Shown here one piece after another: positions 37,951 through 50,996 of a DNA stretch of 64,000 nt. How positions within the stretch are numbered: the first letter of the stretch is position 1; each line of letters opens with the position of its first letter. The translations under genes were made by a program, and so were the position numbers. The notes beneath the pieces were generated by a model. The model was not told the origin of the DNA and made no database searches. It was given only the letters and a program-made list of their open reading frames with translations. The DNA comes from Mobula hypostoma (Eukaryota): assembly GCF_963921235.1 (NCBI RefSeq), contig NC_086097.1, forward strand, positions 162,318,001 to 162,382,000, written 5' to 3'.

Positions 37951-39649
37951 TACAACACACACAAAATGCTGGAGAAACTCAGTAGGCCAGGCAGTATCTA
38001 TGGAAAAAAAGTACAGCTAATATTTTGGACAGAGACCCTTTGGCAGGACTGGAGAAAAAAAATGAGTAGATTCTAAAGGTGGGGGAGAGGAGAGAGAAAC
38101 AAGGTGATACATGGCTGTAGTGGCGGGTCTGGGTAAGCACATGGTTGAAGTGTTGGAGAGCAGCAGAGATCACAGGGAGCAGTGAGAGAGGGTTTAGAAT
38201 ACTGCTACTTTGAGATATATCTACCCTGTGCCTTCTGAATTGCTCTCAGAAGCCCCAGCCAATGCAGTTCTGTTAACAGCCCTGCTAGTGTCCCCTTCCA
38301 ATCAACTTTGACCAGCTCTTCTTTCATGTCTTTGTAATTCCTTCTACTCCACTGTAATACTGATACATCTGACTTTAGCTTCTCCCTCTTGTACTGCAGG
38401 GTGATTTCTAATCATATTATGATAGTTGCTTCCCATACTTTAAGCTCCTTAATCAAATCTGGTTCATTACACAACACCCAGTCCAGAATTGCCTTTTCCC
38501 TAGTGGACTCCTCCCTAAGCTGTTCTAAAAAGCAATCTTGCAGGCATTCTACAAGTGACTCTTGTGGTCCAGCACCGACCTGATTTTTCCCTGTCTACCT
38601 GCATAATGAAATCCCTCATGATCATTGTTTCATTGCCCACTTTATCACAGCTTTTCTACCTGTCATTGTAATTTGTACCCTACATCCTGGCTACTGTATA
38701 TAACTTTCATTAGAATCTTCATACTCTTTCAGTTTCTTAACTCCACTCACAAAATGCTCGTGTGGTCATTTTCTGAATTGCAGGGGATGCAGCCGAGCCC
38801 ACACGATTTTTCTTGCAAGAAAAACTGCCAGTTTCAGACCAATGTAATAAACTTATAAACTGTTTTCAAAGAATTAACATCCTTCCTCAAATAGCAAGAC
38901 TGATTATGCATAGAATACTCCAGAACTAAAGTGACCTATTTTGTAATCTCTCAACATCCTCTTCACAACTTACTTTTCAGTTTTATTTTGTGTCATCACA
39001 GTTTAGCAGCTTTACCTTCAGAGCCTCCACCCTTGTCACTTATGTAAATTGTAAAAGGTTAAAGCACACTAACACCAATTCTTGTGGTAAACCATTTTGA
39101 TTTATAATTTCCACTTATCAAGACTGGAATCTTATACCAACACTGAAATCTCCTGCACCATTGCACTTTTATTTTCCACAGTAACTTATGATAAGGTAGC
39201 TTTTCAAATCCTGTGAGGAAATCTGCATAAGGTACATCCACTAGTTATCCTTTATTCACACATGTTCCTTAAATGAACTTCAATGAAATGGTCAAACAAT
39301 TCGAGTTACAAAAAAAAACAAGTTTGCTATGCTTTGAATTTTGCTGTTAGCTACTGTAATGATGGTTGTTAAGCTAACAGGCTTGTAGCTTCCTCCTTTC
39401 CATCTCTTGTGTTTGAATAGATGGAGTGAATTTATTATTTCTCAATCTGATGTAACTTTTCCTTATTTAGACAATTTTGTAAAATTAGAACAAGGCATCA
39501 ATAACAGTCACTATTTTTAAGATCATAGGATGATGCCCGTTAGGATCTGGAGACTTGTCAGCTTGTTGCACCAACAATTTGCTCAGTAGCGTATCCCCGA
39601 TGATTACTTTCTCTTAAGTTTCCTGTTTGGTTTTCAGTTTACAGCAGTT

Positions 39650-41085
39650 TAGAACATGGAACAGTACAGGCCCTTTGGCCCTCAATGTTGTGCCAACCTC
39701 TACCCCAAGATCAATCTAATGCTTCCCTCTCGCATAACCATCCATATTTTGTTCATCCAAGTTCCTATCTAAGAGTCTCTTAAATGTCCCTAATGTATGT
39801 GTCTCTACCACCAGCCCTGGCAGAGTGATCTGTGTCTGTGTGTGGTGTGTGTGTTTCAATCACTTTATAATTATGGTCTTTTGTATCAGCCATTTCCTAT
39901 CAACCATTTCCTCCTCTCTCGTATTAGCCCACGGGGGAGGCATTGGCTGTCCACTCCATCAATGCCTCTTACCAGCCTACGCATCTCTATCAAGTCAACT
40001 TTTGCTCCCAAGAGAGAAGCATTGGCTCTCTCAAACTTCCCTCATAAGGCATACTCCCTAATCCAGTCAACATCCTGTTAAGTCTCCTCTGCATCCTCTT
40101 TAAAGCTTCCACATCCTTCCTATAATGGGGTGATCAGAACTAAGCACACCAAGTTTTATAGAGCTGCAACATTACCTCACAGCTCTTGAACTCAGTACCC
40201 TGACAAAGAAGGCCAACAGTTCATATGCCTTCCTGACCACCCTATCAACGTGCATGGGAGCTTCGAGGAATCTATCGAGTGTGGATCACTGTTTGTTTAT
40301 CCTCCCTCCTGTCTAGATGTTCTGCATCACTTGTCAACCATGGTTTATTCACCCTACAATCCTCTTTCTGCCTCACTGGGACAAACCTATCCAGAACCCC
40401 ATATAAGTGCTCCCTCAACAATCTCCATATTTCCATTGTGCATTTCTTTGAGTACATTTGTTGCCAATTTACACTGTCAAGTTCCTGCGTAATAGCATCA
40501 TAATTCGCCCTTTCCAATTAATACTTTTCCATATCACCTGTTTCGATCCCTGTCCAAAGTTGTGGTAAAGTTCAGACAGTTGTTGTCACTGTCTCTGAAA
40601 TAAACACCCAGCAAGAGATCTGACCAGGTTCATTGCTTAGTACTAGATCCAGAGTGGCTTCTCCTAATCATCCTGTCCAGATATTGTGTCAGGAATCCTT
40701 CCTGGACACGCCTAACAAATTCTACTCCATCTAAATCTTTTGCACAAAGGAGGTGCCAATCAATGTTAAGGAAGTTGAAGTCATCCATGACACCAACCCT
40801 CTTAGTTTTGTGCATCCGAAATCTGTCCCTTGATCTGCTCCTCAATGTCTCTGGTGCTATTGGGGATCTATAGAATAATTTCAGTAGAGTGATAGCTTCC
40901 TTCCTGTTTCTGATGTCCACCCCACACTGACTCAGTAGATGTTTCCTCCACAATATCTTCTCTTTTTGCAGCTTGGTAGTATCCGTGATTAGGCATACCA
41001 TTCCCCCAACTCTTTTACCTCCCTTTGTCTCTTTTGAAGCGTCTAAACTCTAGACTATCAAACAGCCATTTCTACCCTTGTGACA
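39650..41085 (-). mobile_element. CR1 LINE fragments
   Basis: 3' tail at 39650; minus ORFs LFYRSP, VMDDFNF.NIDW, VQEGFLTQY, ANYDAITQEL..VNW. Confidence 0.8.
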
Positions 41086-42260
41086 GGATATTACTTCTAG
41101 GATATTAACGCTATCCTTAATATTGAAGGCTGATACAAAGTACAGGTTTAAGTCATCTGGCATGTCTTTGCTTTCCGTTACAAATTCTCCAAACTATTTC
41201 CATAAGTCTAAAACTCAATGTTAAACTTTAATAATGTATTAAAACTCTTCCATTCATGTCCCCCATCCTTTTTTTTACGTTGCTTAATATACTGCCTATT
41301 TTCTTCAACTATTATATGAACATTGGGGCATCCCAGATCACAACTATGTGATTTTATTGGTCTAAACCAAACTTAATTAACAATTAAACCACTGACCCAA
41401 AGTGCTGAATATATCTTGACGAAATCTTGGTTCTAGATGCATGAAAACAGTTTCTATCAACTACCTATTATTGGAAGGATAGTCATACTCCTGTTAGAAC
41501 TGGTACAGACTAACCTTTCTGTATCTGCAGATTTGTTGAACTTTTGCTATATTGAATATTGATTACTTATAGTTTGTTAACCCTCTTCTGGCTTTCCTGG
41601 TTTGGCATTCATTTTTCTGGTTTCTAATCATAGTTTCCAGCTGTTGAAATTCATTCTTACAAACTATTTGTCAATGTATGAAATACATTCAGTCACTAGA
41701 CTTTTTATGCATTTTAAACATCCAGTTTTTCTTGTGAAGAAAAAAACTTATTGAGATATGACAGAACAGAGGTTCCCCTTATCCTTGTGTTTCCTCATAA
41801 GAGCCTTCATTAATCAACATAGCATCTTTTGTCATTTTAGTCAGCTATAAAGAGATCCGACTGCTAATCACATGTTCTCTTCCCCATCTCTTTTCACCTT
41901 CCACAGGAATACTCCCTTTGACTCTCTGGTCTCCTCATTTCTCCCCATCCACCCCTCCCTTGCACTTCACTCTTTCCCCTTTCTTATCACTCCCTTCCCT
42001 TTGTGATGGCCATCTTGCCTCTCCTCTCTTAATCCTGGTACAGGGTTTCAATCCAAAATGTTGAAAGTTTTCCCACAGATACTGCATGACTGTTGAGTTT
42101 CTGCAGTACGTTGGTTGTTGCTCCAGTCTCTAGCATCTGCAGTCTCATGTTTCCATTTAATTTCTTCCTGTTTAATAGCTTGTTAACTTAAGCATAAATA
42201 TTTAAATTAAGCACGAGAATGAATATTACTAAAACTTAAGAATTTTTTCTTTGATTTTAG

Positions 42261-42395
42261 TGTCTGCTACAGCATTTTACAAGGCACAGCCTGTGATTGA
42301 ATTCATGTGTGAAGTTTTGGATTTTAAAAATATTGAAGAACAGCAGAAGCCATTAACCGACTCCCAGAGAGTAAAATTTACCAAGGAAATAAAAG
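42261..42395 (+). CDS. AGO2: Argonaute-2 exon 6 (PAZ start)
   Basis: [45 protein letters not shown]; ag/gt; 135 nt. Confidence 0.96.
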
Positions 42396-42758
42396 GTATT
42401 GTAAAAGCTAAATAAGGAATTACAGTTTAACACACTTTAAATTTTTTATACTGTTAAAATTTATGGCAGAAAATTAGATGTAAATTTGAGTTAGTGTCTT
42501 AATTTAAGGATATAATTATGTAATCCAGCTTTGAGCAATCACAGAAGTTAAAGCCCAAATGTCAGCATGGAAAACTGTTCAACTAAATGCACAAAATTCA
42601 CTAACTTATGAATATGTACTTGAATGATTATAAGAACTGTAGGATTATCTTATAAACTTGATGCTGTTCAATAATGTTCTTTAAAGAAAAGAATTTGCTA
42701 TCCTTAACCAATGTTTGTCTAGTCCCACATTACACACTTGGTTCTCAGGATAAATGTA

Positions 42759-43945
42759 CAGGTTTCCCCCACTATCTGAAGGTAGAGCGTTCCTATCAAA
42801 CAGTTCGTAAGCCGGAATATCGTAAAGTGAATAAGCAATTACCATTTATTAATATGGGAAAAATTTGTGAGTGTTCCCAGACCCAAAAAAATAACCTACA
42901 AAATCATGCCAAATAACACATAAAACCTAAAATAACAGTAACATATAGTAAATGCAGGAATGATATGATAAATACACAGCCTATATAAAATAGAAATACT
43001 TTTCTGCAGCACTGTCTAGCGTAGCGGAAATCTCACGGCAGCACTCTCAGTGGAAGCGCTCTCGGTAGAAACACTCTCTCCAGTAACCTTTAAGCTATGA
43101 AGCTGCCAAATCATACCAAATAACACACAAAAATACATAGCCTATATAAAGTATGTACAGTGTAGTTTCACTTATCGGAATCTGGAAGACTCCAGTAAAT
43201 TGCAGTTTCGTCACAGTTACAACACTTATACGAATTCTGCTGGAAATTTTTCGGCAGCTTGAGTATCAACTGAAGCACTCTCTCCGGTAAACGTTAAACT
43301 ATGAAGCTGCGCTCGCCTCAGAAACCGATCAAACCACCCATGACTACTTTTAAATGCCACTTTCGCAACACTTTCATCACCATCATCCAGTGCTTTCTGT
43401 TTCAGCTTATTAAAAAGACTGACTGATTTCTCCTTAAGTATAAGAAAACTTAACACCCATCAATCCACTCAAGCAATAGACTTTCCATTTTATCCATTAT
43501 TAGATGCCGACTAAGAGAGACCACTTTGCTACGAGCAGAACCAACGGTAACATCGGCAGCTTTCAAAATTCTTTCTCTCTGCGTATAAATAGTGCGAATG
43601 GTGGATGCAGCCAAGTTCAACGCACGGACAATGTCCTTACTTCTTTCACCACGATCGAAACGCTTAATTATGTCTAGTTTTACACTAAGTGTAACACCCT
43701 TACACCCTTAGGCTTTTCCGATACCTTAGAACTCACCTTGCTCAAAATAAATCGAGATAAAGCACTTGCTTTAGCAGTGGCGGCTAGAATGCAGTTCCGG
43801 GGGAGGAGCTTGGCTGTTCGGGCGCACGCTGTCTTTTTTCGTAACAGTGAAAACGCCTTCTGTTAGCGAAAACAGGTAACTAATGTAGGTCTTTTGTAAC
43901 AGCGAGGTGCCGTAAAGTGAACGTTCGGAAAACGGGGGCCACCTA
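42759..43945 (-). mobile_element. Tigger family A copy with CENP-B-type HTH remnant
   Basis: TA-flanked TIRs; minus ORF 43226-43456 FKSSHGWFDRFLRR...GESASVD; ends match the 56764 copy in reverse orientation. Confidence 0.9.
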
Positions 43946-44303
43946 TAGTTGAATATTAAGTGCTACTTTATAGCAGAACAGCCCAAGCTCCAAATCAAAT
44001 TTGTTAAAAAAAAGACTGTTTTTACTTTACAATTGAAGATTGAAAACTGCACCGTTACTGATTGATCTCTAATTTGGAGAACTTGGCAGATTTTTATCGT
44101 TCGTTTAAGAATACTTTTTTCCAGCCAGATTTGCCAGAATAGTATAGCATAGGCTTATGGTCTTTCTGTTTTGTATCTGTTAAATCTTGAGTAGAGGTAG
44201 TTAACTTGTGCACCTTCCCATTGTTCAGTCTTACCCCTAGACACTGGTGAGTATGTGAAATACATTGCTGGAGAGAGTGGTGGAAGCAGAGTCACTTAAA
44301 GTG

Positions 44304-45260
44304 TCTTTCTTTTCTTTTTCAATCTCTTTATTAATTTTCAAATTCATAAACATAATTAGTACAAAGAGATTGGGATTGCATTATTGGTAATTAGCATATG
44401 CTAATATAAACTGCAGATAACACAAGTATACCAAGCCTCCCAAACTCTTAATGTAATTAAACATGATAAAAAGAAGTGAAAAAATGTCAAGAAAAAAAAA
44501 ACCCAAATTAGTAAAAAAGAACTAAACAAAGCTGTGCTATTATATTACATCGGATACAATCATTAATGTCATTAACTCCACTTCTCTGTCCATATATTTA
44601 AGATTAATAAAAAGGATTCAGAAAAGGTTAAGTTACATCATATGAAAGTGTTGAATAAATGGCCACCAAGTCTCTTCAAATTTAACTGAAGGATGAAAAG
44701 TGACACTTCTGATATTTTTCTAAATTTAAACAAGATATAGTTTTGGAAAACGATTGAAATGTAGTAGGAGGATTAATCTCTTTCCAATTCAATAAAAATG
44801 GATCTTCTAGCCATTAAAGTAACAAATGCAATCATCCGACGAGCTGAGGAGGATAAATAGTTATTTCCATCATTGGTAAACCAAAAATTGTGGTAATAGG
44901 ATGAGGTTTTAAATCAATACACAGATCTGTTGAAATAGTATCAAAAATGTCATTCCAATATTTTTCCAAATGAGAGCAAGACCAGAACATATGAGTCTAC
45001 TTCAGAATGACATCTATCACAGACAGGACTTATATGAGAGTAAAAACGAGCTAGTTTATCTTTAGACATATGGGCCCTATGCGCCACCTTAAATTGTATC
45101 AACGCATGTTTAGCACATATGGAGGAAAAGTTAACGAATTGGAAAATTTTCTCCCACTTCTCTATAGGTAAGAGAAGTTGAAGTTCCCTTTCCCATTCAT
45201 TCTTAATTTTATCAGATACACCTGGCTATATTTTCATAATCATATCATAAATAGTTGCTA
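44304..45260 (-). mobile_element. LINE-1 3' fragment
   Basis: Reverse complement matches the intact L1 ORF2 C-terminal region (CAKH..IQFKV.HRAHMSKDKLARFYSHI), 3' UTR and tail. Confidence 0.88.
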
Positions 45261-46341
45261 CTAGATAATGGGGTGTGCTGTTGGGGCACCCGTTGAGAGA
45301 AGGGTAGTGGAGTCTGATGTGACCAGAATGAACATTAAATTTTCCTGAATGATATTGGTATCACTTTGCTTTGGAAACTGAAGTAGAAAACCTCAGTTTA
45401 TTAAAGAAGAACGACGCGTAGCAAAGCAAATATAGCTCCTCCTCATTTAACGATGGACACTTTTGATGGCATCATTTCTGGTTTATCTGCCACCCTTGTG
45501 CCTCTCGTTGTCATTCTGGAGACGTGCAGTCCTTTCATCCCCCATCTCTTCATCTCTTCTGCTGTTTGTTGTTTGTCTCTGAACCTGGAGACGTGCATGC
45601 CACTCTTCCTCCTCTTCTCTCATCTTTTTTTGTCCTGACTCTTTGATCCTGGAGTCGTGTTGCCCTGGCCTCATCCGATTCTTGTTCTCTCCCTCTCCTT
45701 GCCACCTCCTGACGACGTTTGGTGTCATCTCTTGACCATAATGTCCCCCTTCCCTTTCCACGCAGCATAATTAGGCTGACCATTTTCTTTTACCCTAATG
45801 CTAGATAGAAGATACAAAGCAGTAACACCAAAGGATGCTGATTATTCTTGATGATGTGGTTGGTGCTCTCCTAAATGAATGTGATATAGTCACTGCTGTC
45901 CTTTGACTGCAGCAAAGGGTTTTATGGGTGTCTTGAAGTACATCATTACAATAAGATTTAATTATCTCTTATTGATGGGTGACAGTTAGATCTGTCCCAA
46001 TCCTGCACATGCTGATGGTGATTAGCAGAAAGTGACCCCTGGAAATAGAGCTGCCCTGCCCTTTTGCTCCGGTAGGTGTTGCTGCTGAGGCTGGCCGTGC
46101 GCATGTGTTGGGCTGTCGCGTCCCGAATTCCATGATGGCAGATTGGCTCTCGAGTTAAAAGGGAGCCTGTTGATTTTTGCTAGTGAGCAATTTTATACGA
46201 ATATGTAACCCTGAACTTTGCCTGCATTCTGTAAGTTAGCGCATTTTAATTCGATTTAGCCAACAAAAGTGCCGTTGTACTGTGCCATTTGCGCTAATTG
46301 GAGGTCACAAACAGACAGAGCTTGAGAGTTTTAGTAGTATA
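45261..46341 (-). mobile_element. Non-autonomous Helitron
   Basis: Minus strand ends with GGGTG..CACCC hairpin then CATTAT-CTAG|T; other end reads TATACTACTAAAACTCTC; internal ORF fragments rich in E/R (ERTARLQ, HARLQ) as in Helitron RepHel N-termini. Confidence 0.7.
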
Positions 46342-47285
46342 CAGGTGTCCCCCGCTTTTCGAACGTTCGCTTTACGAAACCTCGCTGTTATGAAAGACCT
46401 ACGTTAGTTACCTGTTTCGCTAACAGAAGATGTTTTCACTGTTACGAAAAAAGGCAGCGCGCACCCTGAGCAGCCATGCTTCTCTCCCGGAACTGCATTC
46501 CAGCCGGCATTGCTTAAACACGTGCCTGTGAGCAGTCGTTAGCAAGATGAGTTCTAAGATATCGGAAAAGCCTAAAAGAGCTCATAAGGGTGTTACACTT
46601 AGCGTAAAAGTAGACATAATTAAGCGTTTCGATCATGGTGAACAGAGGACAAAGTGAGTTTGGCTCGTAGAAGTTGATGAAGATGATGTTGAAGAGGTTT
46701 TGGCATCCCGTGACCAAGAACTGATAGATGAAGAGCTGATGCAATTGGAAGAGGAAAGGATAACAATGGAAACCGAATGCAGTAGTGAACGGATTGAAAG
46801 TGGAGTCGTCCAGGATCTGAATGTAAAACAACTGCAAGAGATTTTTGCTGCAATGATTGCAAAAAAGTATGACTTTAATTTTGGAGGGGTACGTAGGTTT
46901 AGGGCATATTTGCAAGATGGTTTGAGTGCTTACAAAGAACTGTATGATAGAAAACTGTGTGAGGCTAAGCAGTCAAGCATACTGTCTTTTTTCAAGCCTT
47001 CCAATCAGCCACAGCAGACGACGAATCTCGATCTTCGACATCGAGGCAGGCAGACATAGAAGAAGATGACCTGCCTGCCCTGATGGAAACAGACGACGAT
47101 GAGATGACACCCTCGAGTCCCACCACTCCAACCTCTGGGCTGCAGACCGATACATTGCTGCGGAGAATGCAGCGGTAGCCAGGACGCACTCAACACATCT
47201 TTAAGAAAGAAGCCGAAATAAATAAGTTAATTACTTAGGTGCCACCCGGCACGTAAATGTCGGCCCAGATCAGAGGCGATTGCAA
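46342..47285 (+). mobile_element. Tigger family A copy, right end lost
   Basis: TA|CAGGTGTCCCCCGCTTTTCGAACG left TIR; colinear with 56764-57640; stops in the loop of the internal palindrome. Confidence 0.88.
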
Positions 47286-47840
47286 CAGCATATCTATATT
47301 AGTGAACACATCAACAAATTAAAGCTAAACTTTGAAATGCTGATTGGATTACAGCTTGAATCTTGCATTCTTGGTGCCAGTTTCATGAATTGTTAAAGAC
47401 TGAGCAGAGGTACAGAGAATGAGGGAGTGTAAGGGAAAGGATGGAGAAGCTGAGATTGTTGTCCTTGGAGGAGATAAGGTTGGAGAGAATATTTGATCGG
47501 ATTCTTCAAAACAATGACCAGTTTCAATGGGGGTAAATAGCAGCATTTTGCACTGACTAAAGTTGTAGATTCACTGAGATGACAGGAAATGCTTTATAGA
47601 TGGCGAGTTATGGTCTGCTTTGCTTGAATATTGTCAAAACACTTTCAGTTAGAACTTTAAAAAGGAAATTTGAATAACACTTCAGCCCTACAGGGATAGA
47701 GTGCAGAATTCTAATTGTTAAATACTGATGCCAAGAAGCTGGCATTAGTGCAATAAACTGAATGCACTCTTGTGTGGTACTTAATATCTCTGAGCGCTAT
47801 ATTAGTATTTAGTCTACCATCTGAAAAACTCTTGATTTAA

Positions 47841-47939
<99 letters not shown>

Positions 47940-48386
47940 TAAGACACTTAACATAAATGGATTGTTGCATTGAATTTTTTTTCAATCTTCAAGCGCAAGT
48001 CATTCTTGGGATTGAATTAGCCAATGTGGATATGTTTAAGTGAAATTAACTATTTGACTGTAAGTACAGTGAAGTTATGTATTAATCTCTAAGAAATTGT
48101 AAATTCAAGCAGTTGTAGGACTGTGACTGGACTCATTTCCAATACAGTGTAAAACTAAAGCTGATCGCAGCTAATTCCTAGTTGTGGTAACAGAACAATG
48201 ACGTTTTGACATTTGAGAACTTTCTGGCATGTTATTCTTATAACCTTTTCTAATTAAAAGGTCACTTTAAATAGGAATTCTGTTTATTTGTTAATTATCA
48301 TGTTTCCTAAAGTATATTTATTTTTTTTAAATTGGTTTTGTGGTATTGGTAAGTCTTATTTTCTGGTTTTTTTTAAATTTCTGTAG

Positions 48387-48534
48387 ATTCCCACTTCAAC
48401 AGGAGAATGGGCAGACTGTTGAATGCACAGTAGCACAATATTTCAAGGATAAGCACAAACTAAATCTACGCTATCCTCATTTACCATGTCTACAAGTTGG
48501 ACAGGAACAAAAACACACTTATCTTCCCCTTGAG
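48387..48534 (+). CDS. AGO2: Argonaute-2 exon 8 (PAZ)
   Basis: [49 protein letters not shown]; ag/gt; 148 nt. Confidence 0.97.
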
Positions 48535-48547
48535 GTAAGTTAGTTAT

Positions 48548-48649
48548 CGACTGCGCCTCTTCCTATAGATGCTGCTTAGCCTGCTGCGTTCACCAGCAAC
48601 TTTGATGTGTGTTGCTTGAATTTCCAGCATCTGCAGAATTCCTGTTGTT
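48548..48649 (+). mobile_element. 102-bp Penelope pLTR 3' end insertion
   Basis: TSD TTAGTTAT (48540-48547, 48650-48657); two differences from the reverse complement of about 3263-3365. Confidence 0.85.
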
Positions 48650-49112
48650 TTAGTTATTTCATGCACAGCTTTAAGTCAACCTTCATAATAAAATATAATG
48701 TGGTAGTTTATACATTAAGTGTGATAAATGCAATAATTACAAATTTTACTAATCTAAAATTTGTACTGTCTTTACAGATAGTATTTCAGCTTGCCCTTAA
48801 ACCTTCTATTTCCATCTTAGTTTTCTTTGTCATGTTTGGCGCTGCTTTAGTTAACATCCCAGTAATGTGTACTTTGACAATATTGCTGGAAGCTGGTTCA
48901 CAAATGTAATTGAAGACCTTACAGGCAGGACTGTCTCATCTGATCTATCCCTCTGACAGCACCATTTAGATTGCAAATTGAATTGAAAGTAAATTGAGTG
49001 TCCATTCATTTTGATGCAGAATGTTATGTTCAACATTAGAAAGATGGAGTAAAATTCAGTAAACAGTGACAATTTTTTTTAACTATTCAGTTTATCAAAG
49101 ATTTGCCATTTT

Positions 49113-49903
49113 AAACATATAACCATATAACAATTACAGCACGGGAACAGGCCATCTTGGCCCTTCTAATCCATGCCGAACTCCTCCTCTCACCTAGTCC
49201 CACTGACCTGCACTCAGCCCATAACCCTCTATTCCTTTCCTGTCCATATATCTATCCAATTTAACTTAAAATGACAACATCGAACCTCCTCAACCACTTC
49301 TGCTGGAAGCTCGTTCCACACAGCTACCACTCTCTGAGTAAAGAAGTTCCCCCTCATGTTACTCCTAAACTTTTGCCCTTTAACTCTCAACTCATGTCCT
49401 CTTGTTTGAATCTCCCTCACTCTCAATGGAAAAAGCCTATCCACGTCAACTCTATCTATCCCCTTCATAATTTTAAATACCTCTATCAAGTCCCCCCTCA
49501 ACCTTCTACGCTCCAAAGAATAAAGACCCAACTTGTTCAACCTTTCTCTGTTACTTAGGAGATGAAACCCAGGCAATATTCTAGTAAATCTCCTCTGTAC
49601 TCCCTCAATTTTATTGACATCTTTCCTATAATTCGGTGACCAGAACTGTACACAATACTCTAAATTTGGCCTTACCAATGCCTTATACAATTTCAACATT
49701 ACATCCCAACTGCTATACTCAATGCTCTGATTAATAAAGGCCAGCATACCAAAAGCTTTCTTCACCACCCAATCCACATGAGATTCCACCTTCAGGGAAC
49801 TATGCACCATTATTCCTAGATCCCTCTGTTCTGCTGCATTCTTCAATGACCTACCATTTACCATATATGTCCTATTTTGATTAGTCCTACCAAAATGTAA
49901 CAT
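49113..49903 (-). mobile_element. Young 5'-truncated CR1 LINE
   Basis: 224-aa open C-terminal ORF (LHFGRTN, EQRDLGIMV, LYKALVRPNLEYCVQFWSP) and 3' tail. Confidence 0.92.
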
Positions 49904-50096
49904 GCAACATTAATTTCTATTAGTCGTAGATATTTATTTCCGGACTTCCGGTAGCGCTCATGGAGTGAAGTCGCGTTCTTGACTCGCTCCATTACCTCTG
50001 AGTTTTTTTTTCTCTATGGTCAGCTATACTTTAATTAACCATTAAGGCATCAACTCTTACAATACTTTGAATTAAACTGAATTCTCCGACAACTGG

Positions 50097-50996
50097 ATGG
50101 AACTTAGATCTGCTATGTCTAAGAACGAGAAAGACGGCAAGGATGGTAAACCTCCGGTTAAACCGAAAGCTACGGATCTCCCTCCGACTGAATCACCGGT
50201 GACTTTGAAAGCGATATCGGAGTTAATTCAGAGGGAAATTTCAACCTCTGTTAGGGAGATGATTCGTACGGAAATTGCAGGCTTTGTTAAAGACCTGATT
50301 CATACGGAAATCTCAACTAATTTCCAGAAAATTGCCGATTTAATTGATAAGATGCAAACATGTATTGCGGAACATCAGTCGGCTATATCTGATCTTCAAA
50401 AATTCGCGCAACAAAGTGAGCTTAACATGGGGAAAATCGAAGAAACAATTAATGTAATGAAGAAGAAACTTGACTTTTTGACTTTTAAAAACTCTGACTT
50501 GGAATCTAGAATGCGACGGCAGAATTTACGAATGATTGGCGTGAGGGAAGCCGTTGAAGCTAACAACCCCATGAAATATTTCTCCCAACTTTTAAAAGAT
50601 GCATTCCCTACTGTATTTCCTGACCAACCACCGCTACTGGATCGTGTTCACAGAATCCCATCATACTCGTCTAGGTCAGATAGACCTAGGCATGTTATCT
50701 TACGTTTTCATTACTTTCAAGACAAGGAGAGACTGTTTCGATTCGCTCGATCTAAAGGTTTCATTGATTTTTCGGATCTTAAGTTCCGATTCGTGGAAGA
50801 TTTCAGTAAACCAATCTGGGACCAACGGGTCCGTTACAGATCCGTGATGTCGGAATTCTATAAGAGGGATTTAAGACCAGCGCTGCTGTACCCTGCACGT
50901 CTAAGGATTCGCATGTCAGATGGAGCCCTTCGTTTTTTTGATTCTCCATCGGATGCCCAGAGTTATCTGGATCAACTTTCATCTCCAACATCTTAA
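50097..50996 (+). CDS. LINE-1 ORF1p (coiled coil, RRM, CTD)
   Basis: 299 aa open; DLESRMRRQNLRMIGVRE, LDRVHRI, RPRHVILRF and LLYPARLRI motifs typical of L1 ORF1p. Confidence 0.93.
   Translation: MELRSAMSKNEKDGKDGKPPVKPKATDLPPTESPVTLKAISELIQREISTSVREMIRTEIAGFVKDLIHTEISTNFQKIADLIDKMQTCIAEHQSAISDLQKFAQQSELNMGKIEETINVMKKKLDFLTFKNSDLESRMRRQNLRMIGVREAVEANNPMKYFSQLLKDAFPTVFPDQPPLLDRVHRIPSYSSRSDRPRHVILRFHYFQDKERLFRFARSKGFIDFSDLKFRFVEDFSKPIWDQRVRYRSVMSEFYKRDLRPALLYPARLRIRMSDGALRFFDSPSDAQSYLDQLSSPTS

Larger units (their letters stand above)
34440..38750 (-). mobile_element. CR1 LINE remnant split by two Tigger elements and a pLTR insertion
   Basis: Colinear with the 4237-6553 CR1 once 35766-36703 and 37132-38193 are removed; TTAGAATACT duplicated at 37122 and 38194. 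Confidence 0.85.

Noticed and set aside
43226..43456. Domesticated TIGD/CENP-B gene
   Set aside because: Short fragment within TIRs, lacking a DDD domain, with related decayed copies nearby.
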